Source of the DNA: Moniliella sp. 'wahieum'
Lineage: Eukaryota
Length of the DNA: 64,000 nucleotides
Direction of reading: 5' to 3'
Assembly (NCBI GenBank): GCA_003971905.1
Contig: RSEE01000131.1
Coordinates: 1 to 64,000 of the forward strand
Shown: one piece after another, positions 11,539-23,175 of the stretch
Position numbering within the stretch: position 1 is the first letter of the stretch
Layout of the letters: the number at the start of each line of letters is the position of its first letter
The notes under the pieces: model-generated
The model's database searches: none
Seen by the model: the letters and a program-made list of their open reading frames with translations, nothing else
Told to the model about the DNA's origin: nothing
Program-made: the position numbers and the translations under genes

Positions 11539-13021
11539 CTACTCGAAATGGTTGCTGTGTTGTTTTTGAGGTGGCGGGCCAAGCTGTCTACCCGCGACAC
11601 GGCCAGGCCACAGAGCGAACAGACAACTTTTTTCTGCGCCTACGGTGGGCAAGGGTACGGGCGAGGATGTGGAGGCGGAGCGCGAGCCCGATGGGGAGCC
11701 TGGCGCAGGGGACGCAGAAGGACGAAGGCTAGGTCGCGGCGGGAAGAGAGAAGCCAAGCCGAGCGGACCGGCACCAATGTTGCCCCCGGCCGCTTGGACT
11801 TCCAACGCATGTTTGCGCTTCACGTGCCGCGTCAGGCTGTCCATCCGACTGACGCTAATCTGACAAAAGTGACACGGAAATGAACCCTTGACTCGGATAC
11901 GCGTGCTCCCTCCCCCATTTCCTCCTCCTCTTCCCGCCGCACCGATCGTCGTCCCAGCGGACCGACGGCCGCGCCGAAGAGCCGTGCCCGATCGCCGGTT
12001 CGGCGGCGCGTACAGCCCACTCGCACTGGATCCTACCCCCATCGTCCAGCTGCCGGGGGAGACGCGGTCGAACTAGGCGCAGTCGAAAGCAACGTCATTC
12101 GATCGGGCGAGCCTGTTTGGCCCTGGTCCATCGTACCAGGCCCACACAGGGAGCCCATCGCTGCAAGGGAGGTACCCATGTCCCCGAAACAGGGCGGTTG
12201 CGTCCACCCAGAAGCACAGAGCAGGCCCCCAGGTACGGCCGCCGCTCCTGCAGACGGACTGGACTCGGTCGCGGCCGCGGCCTGGACAGGAGATGCGAAG
12301 GCACCGACGTCCTCGCTGCCCGGCCGCCTGGGTCGCACGAACGGCTTGCGCGGCCTGTTCCTGCACTTGGGCCAAGAGTTGGTCCGAGATGCGCGATCCT
12401 TGTGGTGGTGGGGGGGTCGGGATCGCACGGCGGGTCCTCGGGGGTAGGCTGGGCCTGGACCTGGACCGAGGACGGTTCGGAGCTGGTGAGCAGGTTGGAC
12501 GATGGCTCGGGCTGCACCCAGTCAGTCACTGCATGCTGACGCAAATGGTCATCGGCCTGGGCGTAATTGGCCAAAGGCTGGAACAGGCAGGGAGGGACAG
12601 GCTATCGAAGTTGGTAGGTCCATTTCTTGGGCCGAAAGGCCCAGGAGCGTCCGATCCAGCCGGGCCGAGGCACGTGGGACCCGACTCAGTTTGGATGGCG
12701 TGTCGAGAAACGAAGGCTCGAACGCTTCGGCGTCCCCGGAAGCACAACCGAGGGGCAGAACTGGTGGGGGCAAAACAGGTCGTGAGTGTTTGTGCTTGCT
12801 GTCTGAACTACATTGGCAGCGGCAGCTGCCCCGGCTGCCGAGGGTTCGCACGACCCGGACAGGAAGATGTTGGTGGACAGAGGCTGCTTGGACAGATGGG
12901 AAACAGAGGCGGGCGTGGAGATGGGATCGAAGGCGGTCGGGAGCAAGGCGGGGCTCGTCTCGGTACGTTGGACCTCCCCGCCATGGGGCTCGGCGGGAGA
13001 GGCAAGCGCAGTAAAGGGCAT
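11539..13021 (-). CDS. C2H2 zinc-finger protein (two C-terminal fingers), putative transcription factor, frameshifted
   Basis: FPCHFCQISVSRMDSLTRHVKRKH (~11810-11885) and VVCSLCGLAVSRVDSLARHLKN (~11560-11630). The upstream region is Ser/Pro-rich and the start codon is uncertain. Confidence 0.75.
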
Positions 13022-14397
13022 GAGAAGGAGGCAGAATACGGGGTTGGCCGGGGCCTGCTGAGATGCTCGATGCGGGCAGTGGGGGGGGCGAAGCGTCCAG
13101 ACGGACGACAGGCTGGAGCGTGCGGGAGCAAGTGCTGCTGGCCAGCTGGGAGCAGAGCGGCTGTGATGGGCAGGCATCACGCGCACCGCGTTCATTAATC
13201 ATTCGTCACGAGTGACACGGCCTGGTCATAGTCACTGGGCTGCTACATCCGGCTGCGTCGGCCTGGGCGGCCAATTGAACCAGTCGCACTGCCAAACTTG
13301 GGGGCACATGGGCCGGCAGTTTGCCGGCAGAGCGCAGACAGGGGCACAATCATGAATGATCGCAACGATCACGGCGTTGGATGACTCGGTGGGTCGGTAG
13401 CTAGGAGCTAGCAGCAAGTGTTGGGTGCGCTCTTTGTGCAGCTCGGCATCACACGCCCGTGCGACGCTTCGACTAGTCAAGAGAGCCGCTTTTCTACGCA
13501 CGAGTCAGCCGACTGCTCAGCTAGTCAGCTTGACGAGTGACGCTTCCAGCTGCGGGGCCAGAGCCGGAGTCGAGGGGACAAGAAACAATCGGCGGCACAT
13601 TTCGAGGTGAAGGCACGTTGAACGGTGAACTTGAACTGCCGGGGCCACGTACATTGATTGAGGTGGAGAGATGGCCGGTGGCGAGAGGCAACCGGCGCGG
13701 CCGGCTATACCAAGTTTGGGAAAGTTCGACTTGGGAATTTCATTCGGAGCATAATCCAATGGGTTCAGCTTGATTTGAACGTTAGCCGTCTTAAACCCCG
13801 TCGTACCGCGCGCGGGAACAACCGGGATATACCCGTCCGAAGCGGACAAGGGACAGCGCAGCCCGCGGCCGCAGGAACCGAACCAGCCGCTGATTGTGCA
13901 AAAAAGAGCGCCTGGCACCGAGGGGCGTCGCAATCTGATCCATCGGGTCGCTGCGAGTTGCGCTAGCTCGGTGGGAGCCGTCTCTCTGAGCCCCCTGGAT
14001 GGCTGCGCGCCGTCGAGCAACGGAGGGGCGAGCACAAGAGGCAACGTGTAACATGCACCCGTGGAGCAAGATGCTCCCCATCTCAGCATTCCCCATCTGG
14101 AAATCCAACCGAGTCCAACACATTCAACCATGCCCCCAGCGCTGAACGTTGAAAGTTGAAATTTGACTGGCGTAGTCAGCGACGGCGTTCTTACTGGGGG
14201 CACGTGATGAGTGATGCTGAGCTCAGCTGCCACGTAGCTGCGGCCCCGCGCTGCGGTCTGCCTGCCCCCCCCCGTCCCCACACCGCCCCGTCGCATTAGG
14301 TAATTCCGCCCCTCGGCGTCGGCCGCTCGCTTGAAAAAAAATTCCTTGGCCCAGGGGCCGGCCGCCCACGCCGTGCTCCACCAACCGACGCGCAACC

Positions 14398-14844
14398 ATG
14401 CCCAAGGCCAAAGGAAAGGGTGGCAAGAACCGCCGCCGGGGAAAGGCCAGAGCAACATGAAGCGTGAGCTCGTCTTCAAGGAGGAGGGCCAAGAGTACGC
14501 CCAGGTCAACAAGATTCTCGGCAACGGCCGCCTGGAGGTCAGTGCTTTGACGGCGAGAAGCGTCTGGCGCTGATCCGGGGCAAGCTGCGCCGCGTGTGTT
14601 CATTGTGCTGCAGGACATCCTCCTGGTCTCGCTGCGTGACTTCCAGGACTCCAAGTGCGATGTCCTGCAAAAGTACACGCCGGACGAGGCCCGCGAACTG
14701 AAGAAGCGGCCAGCTCCCGAGACGGCCAAGATCACGAGAACGAGGGCGAGGAAGTGGGCGGTGGCTCGGACATTGAGTTCGAGGTTCGAGGTTTCGGACG
14801 AAGACGAGGAGGAGGATGACGACGAGGACTTGGATGACCTTTAT
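14398..14844 (+). CDS. TIF11: Eukaryotic translation initiation factor 1A (intronless; indels)
   Basis: [79 protein letters not shown]; acidic tail [15 protein letters not shown]. The stop position is blurred by a probable indel. Confidence 0.95.
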
Positions 14845-16707
14845 ATGGTCTCTCCTGCACTTGTGTCCTCCCCGCGCCACTCCCTCCCTCCCTCTCCCCC
14901 ACCCCCAACCCCTCTGCTCCCGGGGAGGGGCATCTATCGTGGAGCCCAAGGGCCGAGTCATGATCTTTCCCGGATCTGTTGTTGGAAGGAGTGGGCTCCC
15001 ACCTTTTCTCTCGCTTGCGCTTGGCGTGGACCGACGTGGGATTCACCTGTTTCACAGTAGGGCGCGCCGGCCTCTGGCCACGCATGACGCATGACCCCCC
15101 CCCCCCACTCCTCTTCCCTTTGTTTGTCCCGGCACCTTGTTCTCCCTTGTACATTTGCCTCTTCTCGCCACAGGGGTCCTTGCCTTGGCTGCCCTCAGCA
15201 TTGAAACCTTTTCAACCAGTTGCTTTGTGCATGTTAGTGAGTCGGGTACGCGTGGCCTACAGAACGTGTGGTTAGTAGGGTGAAAGAAATTTACGTTGAG
15301 TGGGTCCGGCGAGGTGTGGTGGCAGTGGGGTACACGGCAACTGGACATTGAGGTGTCTCCTGGTATCCCTTGGCTGAACCACCTAGGGTGTAGCTACTGG
15401 CTGCTACTGGACTTGGGTGGGAATGCAGGTACGTGAACCCCACCCCGCCCACACGGAACCTACCCCGCCATCATTACCCGCCACCCCCACGCAGCCTCCG
15501 TAGATGGAAGGAAGATGGGTATACCATGCCCAAGCATATTCCTACACTGCCCCCTAACCAGTTCAGGGCTCACTTGCCGGTGGTTGTATCCTGAGCTTCA
15601 GGAGCACCACGCTTCACCCCCGATTTCCTGCCCACCTCCCGCCTCGCCAGCGTCGGGGACCCAGAGGCCATGCAACATCGTAGCATAGCAGGATCGAGCT
15701 GCAGCCTGTTGCTACCGCTCTTTTTGTCCCCCCCCCAGATGCCCTTCCCTTCCCGTCGAGCAGAGCAACTGTGCTAGGGCGAGTGTACCCCCACCCACAG
15801 ACAATCCAGGGGACAGTATTGATGATGTGGCCGTAAAGTTGGCCTTATATAGTCATTTTATATTCCTAGGCCTTACGCGGGGTGCGCGTTATGAGTTGCG
15901 ACCACAGCTGCAGGAGCGCAGGCTCTTGTGCGAACATAAGGCATACGTGGGCCAGGAGGTAGGAGGGGCCCACACAAGGTGTCCAAGTTAGATGTCCCGC
16001 TGGGGCTACCGTCCAGCATGGCGGCAAGTAGGATGGAGGGGTGGTGGTGATGCTGATGTGCCAAGGCGCCCAACCAATCCACGGGTCCTGGTCAAGCTTC
16101 AAGCCGGGTGCAGGGCCTCCCCCGCCCCGCTCCCATCTGAGCGTGGGGAGAGGCCTGGGCTACGGCACGGCAGCTGGGTTGGTGCGTGGGGCGAGCCTTG
16201 GGTATTGGCCTGCGTTGGCCGGCGGGGCAGGCACAAGACCTGCGTACGGACAACTGACAGCTACTCGCAGGTTCGCAGACAGGCCCCGTGGCTGGAGCTG
16301 AGCGTGAGGCCGGCGCGTGTTGGCACACTGCCTCCCCGCGGGGGCTGGACCCCCCGCCGCGGCCCCGCACGGCCACAGTGTCGCACCGCCGCGCACGCCG
16401 GCTCTCTGCGCATCGCCTCGGCGATCTGACTGTGGGCTGGAGCCAGCGGAGCCGACGGAAGCGGTGGGCACAGCGCCTGTCTGGGAGGCGTGGGCCCTGT
16501 CTGGCCCCAGTTCTGCTGGGTCGTGCGGCGGCCAGTAGGCCACTGTGCATCTTGTGCGCAGAAGCGCAGGCAGCAGACAGCCGCCGTGGCAGAGCGTTGG
16601 TTGGTTTCGGCCCTCTTCTCTCGCCAGGCATAATATACCTTTGCCCCTCCCCCTCCCCCCTCAAGCTTCGCCACTCGCACTTGCCCCCCCGCCTTGCTGC
16701 GCACACC

Positions 16708-18299
16708 ATGACCAAGCTGGCCCAGGCTGCGTCTCTGCTTCTGCTGGCTGCCGCGCTCGGCGCCGAGGCTGCCATGGTGCGCCGCCAGGGGCCCGCGCCC
16801 GGCGCAACCAACAACACGGACAACATCCTCGACATCCAGTCCTACCTTGCCACCGGCTACACCAACGGCTCCGTTGCTCCTGGTACCTGGGCCACCGATT
16901 CCTCGGGCCAGTACGTGGTTGTCAACCCCAGCGAGGATGGCGCCGATGACAACTCGCAGGTGAGCTGGTGCCCGACCATCTTCATTGGCGACGCCAACGT
17001 CGGCGTCCTTCCTTACTGGCTGGACCTCCCTGCCCAACATTGTCAACTTTGACTTGAAGCGCGATGTCGTCGTCGACCGCGCTAGCAACGCCGTCTTGCC
17101 CTACTATGTCGAGCGCAAGGATTTCACCAAGGTCAAGCGCGTCGTATGTCCTCTCTTCCTTTCCCCTGTTTTTCTTCTTCTCTCTTGTATTGATGTTAAC
17201 CCGCAGTTGTTACTAACAGCCCTTGCCTGCCCGTACACACAGATTGTCATCCAACCTGGTCAGCCGCGTGACAGCTGGAAGTACACCAACTTGGTACGCA
17301 ATGCACTAGTGTGCGCGGCGAGCAACTCGTCCATGGTGTGTCGCTGCAAGATGTGCTGGTGGTGGGGCCAGCGTGGTTGAGCTCGGACGACCATAACGCC
17401 GGCGCAGCTCAGTCGAACGACTCTACTTCCCCTCGGGCGGTGCGTGGGCCGAAGGCGTTCGGTTCGGACGGACCCGGCTCTACGTCGGTGAGCTCGTTCA
17501 AAGCGATGGACGAGCTGATCAGCTCTTCTTTAACAAGGCCACCTACCCGCAAGTGGGCAGTGTGATTGTGATGGGTCATTCGCTTGGTGGGACATTTACC
17601 CAGCGGTACGCCATGCTTCGCAAGCCCAACGCGGCCGAGGACCCGTACCTTTCGTACTGGACGGGCAACTGTGGAGCGTACGCTTGGCCTTCCACTTCGC
17701 GTCCTTTCCCCGCCGCATCCAAGTGTGCAAGTTCGTTTGACAACTGGCCCTATGGCCTGGCGGGCAGCATCCCAGCCTACGCCAACTCATCGTTTGACCG
17801 CGACGCTACCCTGGCCACCTACCTCACCGTACATCCTACACACCACTACACCGCAGGCTTGCTCGACAACGGACCTGGCGACACCTCCTGTGCTGCCCAG
17901 ACCCAGGGCGGCACGCACTTGCAGCGTGCGCAGGACTTGCAAACCACCCTCTCTGGGCTTCCTCAGGCGGCTCACAACCCGCCGTGGACATTTGACTTTA
18001 TGCCCAACACGAGTCACCAGGACGAGCGGATGATCGCTGCCATCCCTTCTCTCATCCGTCTCTTCTCGAACGGACTGAACAACACCATCCCTGGTACTTC
18101 CCCTTCGTCCCACCCGTCCAGCTCGGTGTCTCCCTCGGGGGCACACTCTGCTGCACATGGTTCGGCCTCGGGAAGTGCAAGCAGCACTCAACGGGCCTCG
18201 TCGCACCACAGTGGCGTCGCGTCGCTACCCAGCAGCAACTTTCTTGTCCCGTTCCTCACCCTCCTCGTCTCCTTCGCCGCGACTGTCACTTGGTTCTAG
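16708..18299 (+). CDS. Secreted, probably GPI-anchored alpha/beta-hydrolase-fold protein; intron 17144..17242
   Basis: Signal peptide MTKLAQAASLLLLAAALGAEA; nucleophile elbow VIVMGHSLGG; candidate Asp (GLLDNG) and His (TSHQD); Ser-rich stalk followed by a hydrophobic C-terminus (NFLVPFLTLLVSFAATVTWF). Confidence 0.8.
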
Positions 18300-18694
18300 T
18301 GTGATATCTGGTCTCCCTTTTGGTGCTCACATGTGGCCCAGGCTTTCTTCTCCCCCCCTCCGGTCTCCTCGTAGTATGGGTTGCGGCGCTGACTGATGCG
18401 CGTGCATTTTTAATTCATTCAACACCTATTTTGCCTCATCTGCCTCGACTGATCCATCTCTGTCCCATGTAAGCAACAGTTTCCCTCTCTGATGTGGTTT
18501 CGAAGATACGAGAGTATAGGATCTCCCAACACCGTCGCACACATTGCATGGACTTCATGCGGTAGGAGGCAACAAAAGGGCGGAAGACGAAAATTCAGTT
18601 CGTCGTACTAGAGCCTATACTACCGCCATGGACCTGTGCAACTTTGCCTACGACCGACGCCACAGCAGGCCACGGCAGCCACGGCGCAGGTACG

Positions 18695-18700
18695 AAAAAA
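18695..18700 (-). terminator. RNA polymerase III oligo-T terminator of tRNA-Arg
   Basis: A6 on the plus strand (T6 on minus) about 20 nt downstream of the tRNA 3' end. Confidence 0.7.
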
Positions 18701-18721
18701 TGGACGCCCTTAATGTCGGGT

Positions 18722-18803
18722 CGAACGACGCAGGGGTCGAACCTGCAACCTCCTGATTACAATCCAATCGTAGTCAGACGCGCTACCATTGCGCCAGCCG
18801 TCC
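18722..18803 (-). tRNA. tRNA-Arg(ACG): tRNA-Arg(ACG) with a 10-nt intron
   Basis: Minus strand GGACGGC TGGCGCAATGGTAGCGC G TCTGA CT ACG A [TTGGATTGTA] A TCAGG AGGTT GCAGG TTCGACC CCTGC GTCGTTC G. All stems pair, A and B boxes are present, and the intron follows position 37. Confidence 0.95.
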
Positions 18804-19320
18804 TTGTGATGCACCTTGCTCAACCAAGGCTCCTGCCAGACTGAAATTTGACCGTTGACCGTTGAGCGGACGTTGACGCGTGACGGTAGATTCAGCTCCT
18901 TCCTTCACTACCTCCTTGCTGCCCTCTATCCGCGTGCTGCCGTTACCCATCTCATTAGCTGCTTAATCACCACCCCCTTTCGCTGAACTGTCTTTGCGGA
19001 TGGTGAGACGAACCAAGTGTACTCTTGCCCCCCCTGCGTTCTCCGTAAACAGGGCTCATCCTTGGCAACCCGGCTACCCTATAATACCCAGCGCAACAAG
19101 ATGCGGTAGAAGAAGTTCAGACTGGTATCAATCAGGATTGCAGCGCGAGATGGGACAGCACTTGTCTGTACCCCACCTACGCCTTACATACCTTGGCCAC
19201 GGCGACCCCACCGCGTGGTGGCCGGCTTGGAAAATAAAGAAAAAGTGCTAAAGAAGGGACAACCAAGCAGACCATCCGTTCCCTGTCAAAGCCCGACGCG
19301 GGGGCGGGGGGGGGGAGGTG

Positions 19321-19867
19321 CTAGAGCGCCATCCGTGTGGTGAGACAGCAGGAGGCAGCATGACGATGTTCGTGTGCGAGCGTGCGCACCACTTGGGCCA
19401 GGGCGGTATCGGGGGCGACCATGGCAGGTCGCGCTCCGGCCGCGACGGCGGCATGCGCCAAACTTTCCATCTCCTTTGCCACGCCAACCAGCAAGGTGGC
19501 GTAGCACGCATGTTGGCTTGCGTGGGCCTCAGTTCGCGGGCCGGGAGCGAGGCAGGCGCGCAGGCCACAGGCGGGCAGGACGGGCACCTGGCCCGGCGCT
19601 TGCACCTGCGCTTGCTCGTTCCTCTCTATGGCGCTGGTGGCGTTGTGCAGCGCGAGCTGCGCAGTGCCGCGCTGGATGGTGAGCATGGCGTAGATGCGGC
19701 TGACCTGGTGCGCATGTCCGTGCGTTCGTCCGATTGTTCGTCCGTCCGTCAGCGGGGTTGTCCTGCACGCCACACGGCACGGGTGCGTAGGAGGATATGC
19801 GTACCGTGTCCTCCTGCTGTGGCGAGAGGGGCGGCGGGCGCGGGGCAGCCAGGGGGGGAAGGAGCAT
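19321..19867 (-). CDS. Hypothetical protein (~149 aa), intron 19705..19804, divergent from the Borealin gene
   Basis: MLLPPLAAPRPPPLSPQQEDT (63 nt) joins in frame over a GTACGC..CAG intron to VSRIYAMLTIQRG...CCLTTRMAL*. Confidence 0.5.
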
Positions 19868-20204
19868 GGGAGGCGGTGGCGGGGAGGAAGGGGCCGGGGG
19901 GCTGCAGAATGGATGGGCGGGGAGCGTCGGGCTGCCTGCGTGGGCGCCCGGCGGTTGAAAGCAGGGGCGGGGCACCACACCCTGCCCCGTCCGGGTAGCA
20001 TAACCCGGTGGATCCCGCTGTCGGCACGTGACCACCCGGGTGAACATTCAGCTGAACGTCGCACGTGCGAGGCACGTGACCGGAGCGCGTGTGCGGGCAA
20101 CAACACGCGTGAAATGTTCAAGGCACGAGCCCAACCCGCCCGGCTGAGCCCACGCCCAGCAGCCAACAGAGCATCCACTCGCCGCCCCCACCACCATCCG
20201 CCCG

Positions 20205-21519
20205 ATGCCCCGCGCGCGGCCAGCTCCCGCAAGCCCTCTGCGCGTGGACGCCGCGCCAAGCACGCCGCAGCGCCCGCCCACCAGGCCGCGCAGGAAAACA
20301 ACGCCCCGCCCCCGACGGCGTCGAGCTTGTCGAATGCGCTCCGCCGGCCGGCCTGCCGAGGAGCAGATCGGGACGCTGCTCCAAAATTACGACCTGGAAA
20401 GTACGTTGGCTCACCGCCCACCCTCCCGCACCACCATACACAGATCCCGCGTACCGGCACTGACCGCCCAGTGGCGCACACAGCCAGTGTGCGCGTGGCA
20501 CGCTTGCAGAACGCACTGGCAGCCAGGCAGCACGAGTCGCGCGCCGCTGTCGCCAACGCGATCCACCGCATTCCGCGCCAGGTGCGCCAGCTCTCGCTCC
20601 AGTCCTTCTTGCTGGACTATGATGGCGACGTCCTCGCCGCCGTCGCTGCGTTGGGAGAGTCGCTGGCAAGCACCTCATCTGCGCCTGCATTGGCTTCCGA
20701 TCCATCTGCCCCAGGCAGGACGTTGGCCCCTTCTTCCTCTGCGGGGCTTGCCACCTCGCGCTCGGGCGCCGCCCTGCCCGGCCCATCCTCCGGCTCACTC
20801 GCGTCCGATGAGATGGAGGACTGGGCCGCATTCAAAGCCAAGTCCGTGCGGCCGGATTGAAGAGAGCTCGCTCGCCAACAAAGTCGCCGCGCAAGCCGCC
20901 CGGTGTCGTTTCCGTTTCCGTTTCTGCCCGCACCCCCTCCTCCTCCCCACACGTCCCTCCGCCTCTCGAGCTGCTCGGCTAGGAGAACGGGTCCAGTTTA
21001 CCAGCCTCAATGGCACGCCGCTCCAAGGACTCGTTCTTCCCGATGGAACGGTACAACCTTTACAACCTCTCTCGCCTTGCCCTCCCACTGTTGGAAACCA
21101 CACCTGCCGAGACGAAGAGCAGGACAGCATTGCTCACCGTCTAGCCTCTGCACGCCAGGCCCTAGGCTCTTCAAGCTCGATCCAATTTCCTTCCTCCCCT
21201 GCCCCATCGAGGGCTGGAAGGGTAGCCGCCAGCTGCAGCCTTGGATCGGAGGGCCGGAACCAGCACCCCGCATTGGCCCACCTACAATGGGCATCAACAC
21301 CCGGTCCGGCGTCCCTTCTTCCCCCGGGTTAGGTCACCTTCTCGCCCAACGGCGCCCCCGCCCAAAACCATCTCCCTCTCCAATGGTCGTACGCTCAACC
21401 TGGCCTCCACCAGCCCGCAGGATCTTGCGGCACTGCGTATATCGGCGGCAGAGCGGGCTCGGGTACGAGCGCAGATCGCTCAGTGGCATTTGGAGCAGAG
21501 CCAGCGCTGGACTGGCTGA
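20205..21519 (+). CDS. NBL1: Borealin/Nbl1-like chromosomal passenger complex subunit; intron 20401..20471
   Basis: EQIGTLLQNYDLE|...LQNALAARQ...AIHRIPRQVRQLSLQSFLLDYDGDV matches the Nbl1/Borealin N-terminal pattern; RAARLGE..FTSLNGTPL resembles the fungal SxNGSPL motif. Confidence 0.75.
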
Positions 21520-23175
21520 GTTGTCGTCCCGCCCGGCTAGTCATCAGTTGTCCACCTCACCCTACCCCGATCGATTCGTCTACGTTCATGTTTGCATTTG
21601 GTTTTGCCCCCCGCCTTAGCACCGGCCCCTTGTCCTACTACGATTGAGTGTTCGCCATGTCAGAAAGTAGAGCGGATGTGACCCTCGGTCTCACGGGCCC
21701 TCCGTAGCGCTAGCCCAGGGGAGGTACGCACCACCTATAAGCCTCGAGGGCGGCAACGTCCTGTCGCAGTGTGGGTTTTGCGTTTCGCTCCGCATGGACA
21801 AAAACGGCTCGGTAAGCGCTTCTGTCGTAGGCGTTCGTTGGACCTGCCCTCCAATTGGTTCGCTCGAGCCCACGCTGCCTCCAGAAGCTCTTTGACTCTT
21901 TGATCGCCCCGGGCTCACCTCACGCCACAAACCAAAACACGTTCTCGACACGACCGCCGCCTGCCCCCCCCCGCCTCGTGCACCTCGGCCCGCTTGGGAT
22001 GGAGACGGACTGTGCTAAGTAGCTAAGCACCCGACCAGTACTTGGGCCCAGTGCGCCAGGTCCTTGGTGCACTTGGTGCCCGCCGCTGGCCTCCGCGCAT
22101 AGGGTCCCAATCCCAGGCCGGATCCCACTACTGTTGTCATGTGGGAAGGATGAGCATGTGGGCCGTTGGCCAACAGGAACCCTGAGGCCACGTTGGTTTC
22201 CCGGTCCAGAACCACTGAGGGTCAACGCTGCGCCCCCATTGGTCTTCTCGGTGGCCCGATCTGGGCCATTGGTCCCACAACGGGCGTTGCGTTCGGTAGT
22301 GGAGGGACGAGCAGCTAAGCGACGGACTGGATGCGGGGGGGGGGGCAGTGGTTCGTTTCTTTTCTTCTTTCTCAGTGAAGCTTCGAGATGACACTGCGCA
22401 CTCGTTTTCAGGGTCGTGTCCTCCGCGGTGGCCCACCCACGCCCACGCATGCCCCGAGCAGGCCAAAGGCACCAAAAGGCTTGGAGCAGCCCCGGCAGTC
22501 ATCACGTGTATTGTTGGATGAACCAGTGCACACAACAGTGGGCTGACCTCCAACGCCCTCGACACCATATCCATATCCATTGCTGCATGCTATGTACTAA
22601 ATCCGCCCCTCTTTCCATTCGTGGGAGGCAGAGCATGCGCGCGCCATGTCATCACAGAACTGGATGTGGTAGAGAAAGTCAAGCTAAAATTGATTCCTCA
22701 TGGCGAGAAGAGAGTAAAGTGTCGCAGCACATATCGTTGTACGAATCCGGGGAAGACAGGTGGTACATGTGCGGCGAAAAGCGGTGGGTATGGGCAAGAA
22801 CGTGGGCCTTGAAAAAAAACAGGTGTCTGGCGCGTCGTAAAGGTGTGTGCCGAAACACAGAAAGAGCGGGTGTGAAAAAGGGTGGAAGCGAGTGCAGTCG
22901 TAAAGAAAAAAGATGAAAGCGAGCGTTGCAAAAGGGCCGTAAGGTAGGAGGTCGCGTACAGTCGAGTCGGCCATGTAGTAATATAGGGAGGCGTCGGAGG
23001 AAGCAAAAGTGATTGGGGGAAGCGATCGTGGAAAGGTCGTGAAAAAGACATGCCGTGCATGGATGGCATACAAGGGTGGTAAAGTCAAGGTAGAGCCCAT
23101 GTAACAAAAAAGAAAACGTTAACTAAGTGCATATGCACGAAGGAGAGAACGGCGACACCTGTGGCCGCAGTGGAA

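Noticed and set aside
13517..14123. Possible small gene between the C2H2 gene and eIF1A
   Set aside because: Some protein-like text, but no recognisable domain, consistent frame or splice structure.
14398..14844. Programmed ribosomal frameshifting, or a processed pseudogene, in eIF1A
   Set aside because: Indels occur in nearly all genes in the window, so assembly error is the simpler explanation; intron-poor genes are common here.
15545..15565. CCCTAACC as a telomerase RNA template
   Set aside because: A single 8-mer with no supporting structure; expected by chance.
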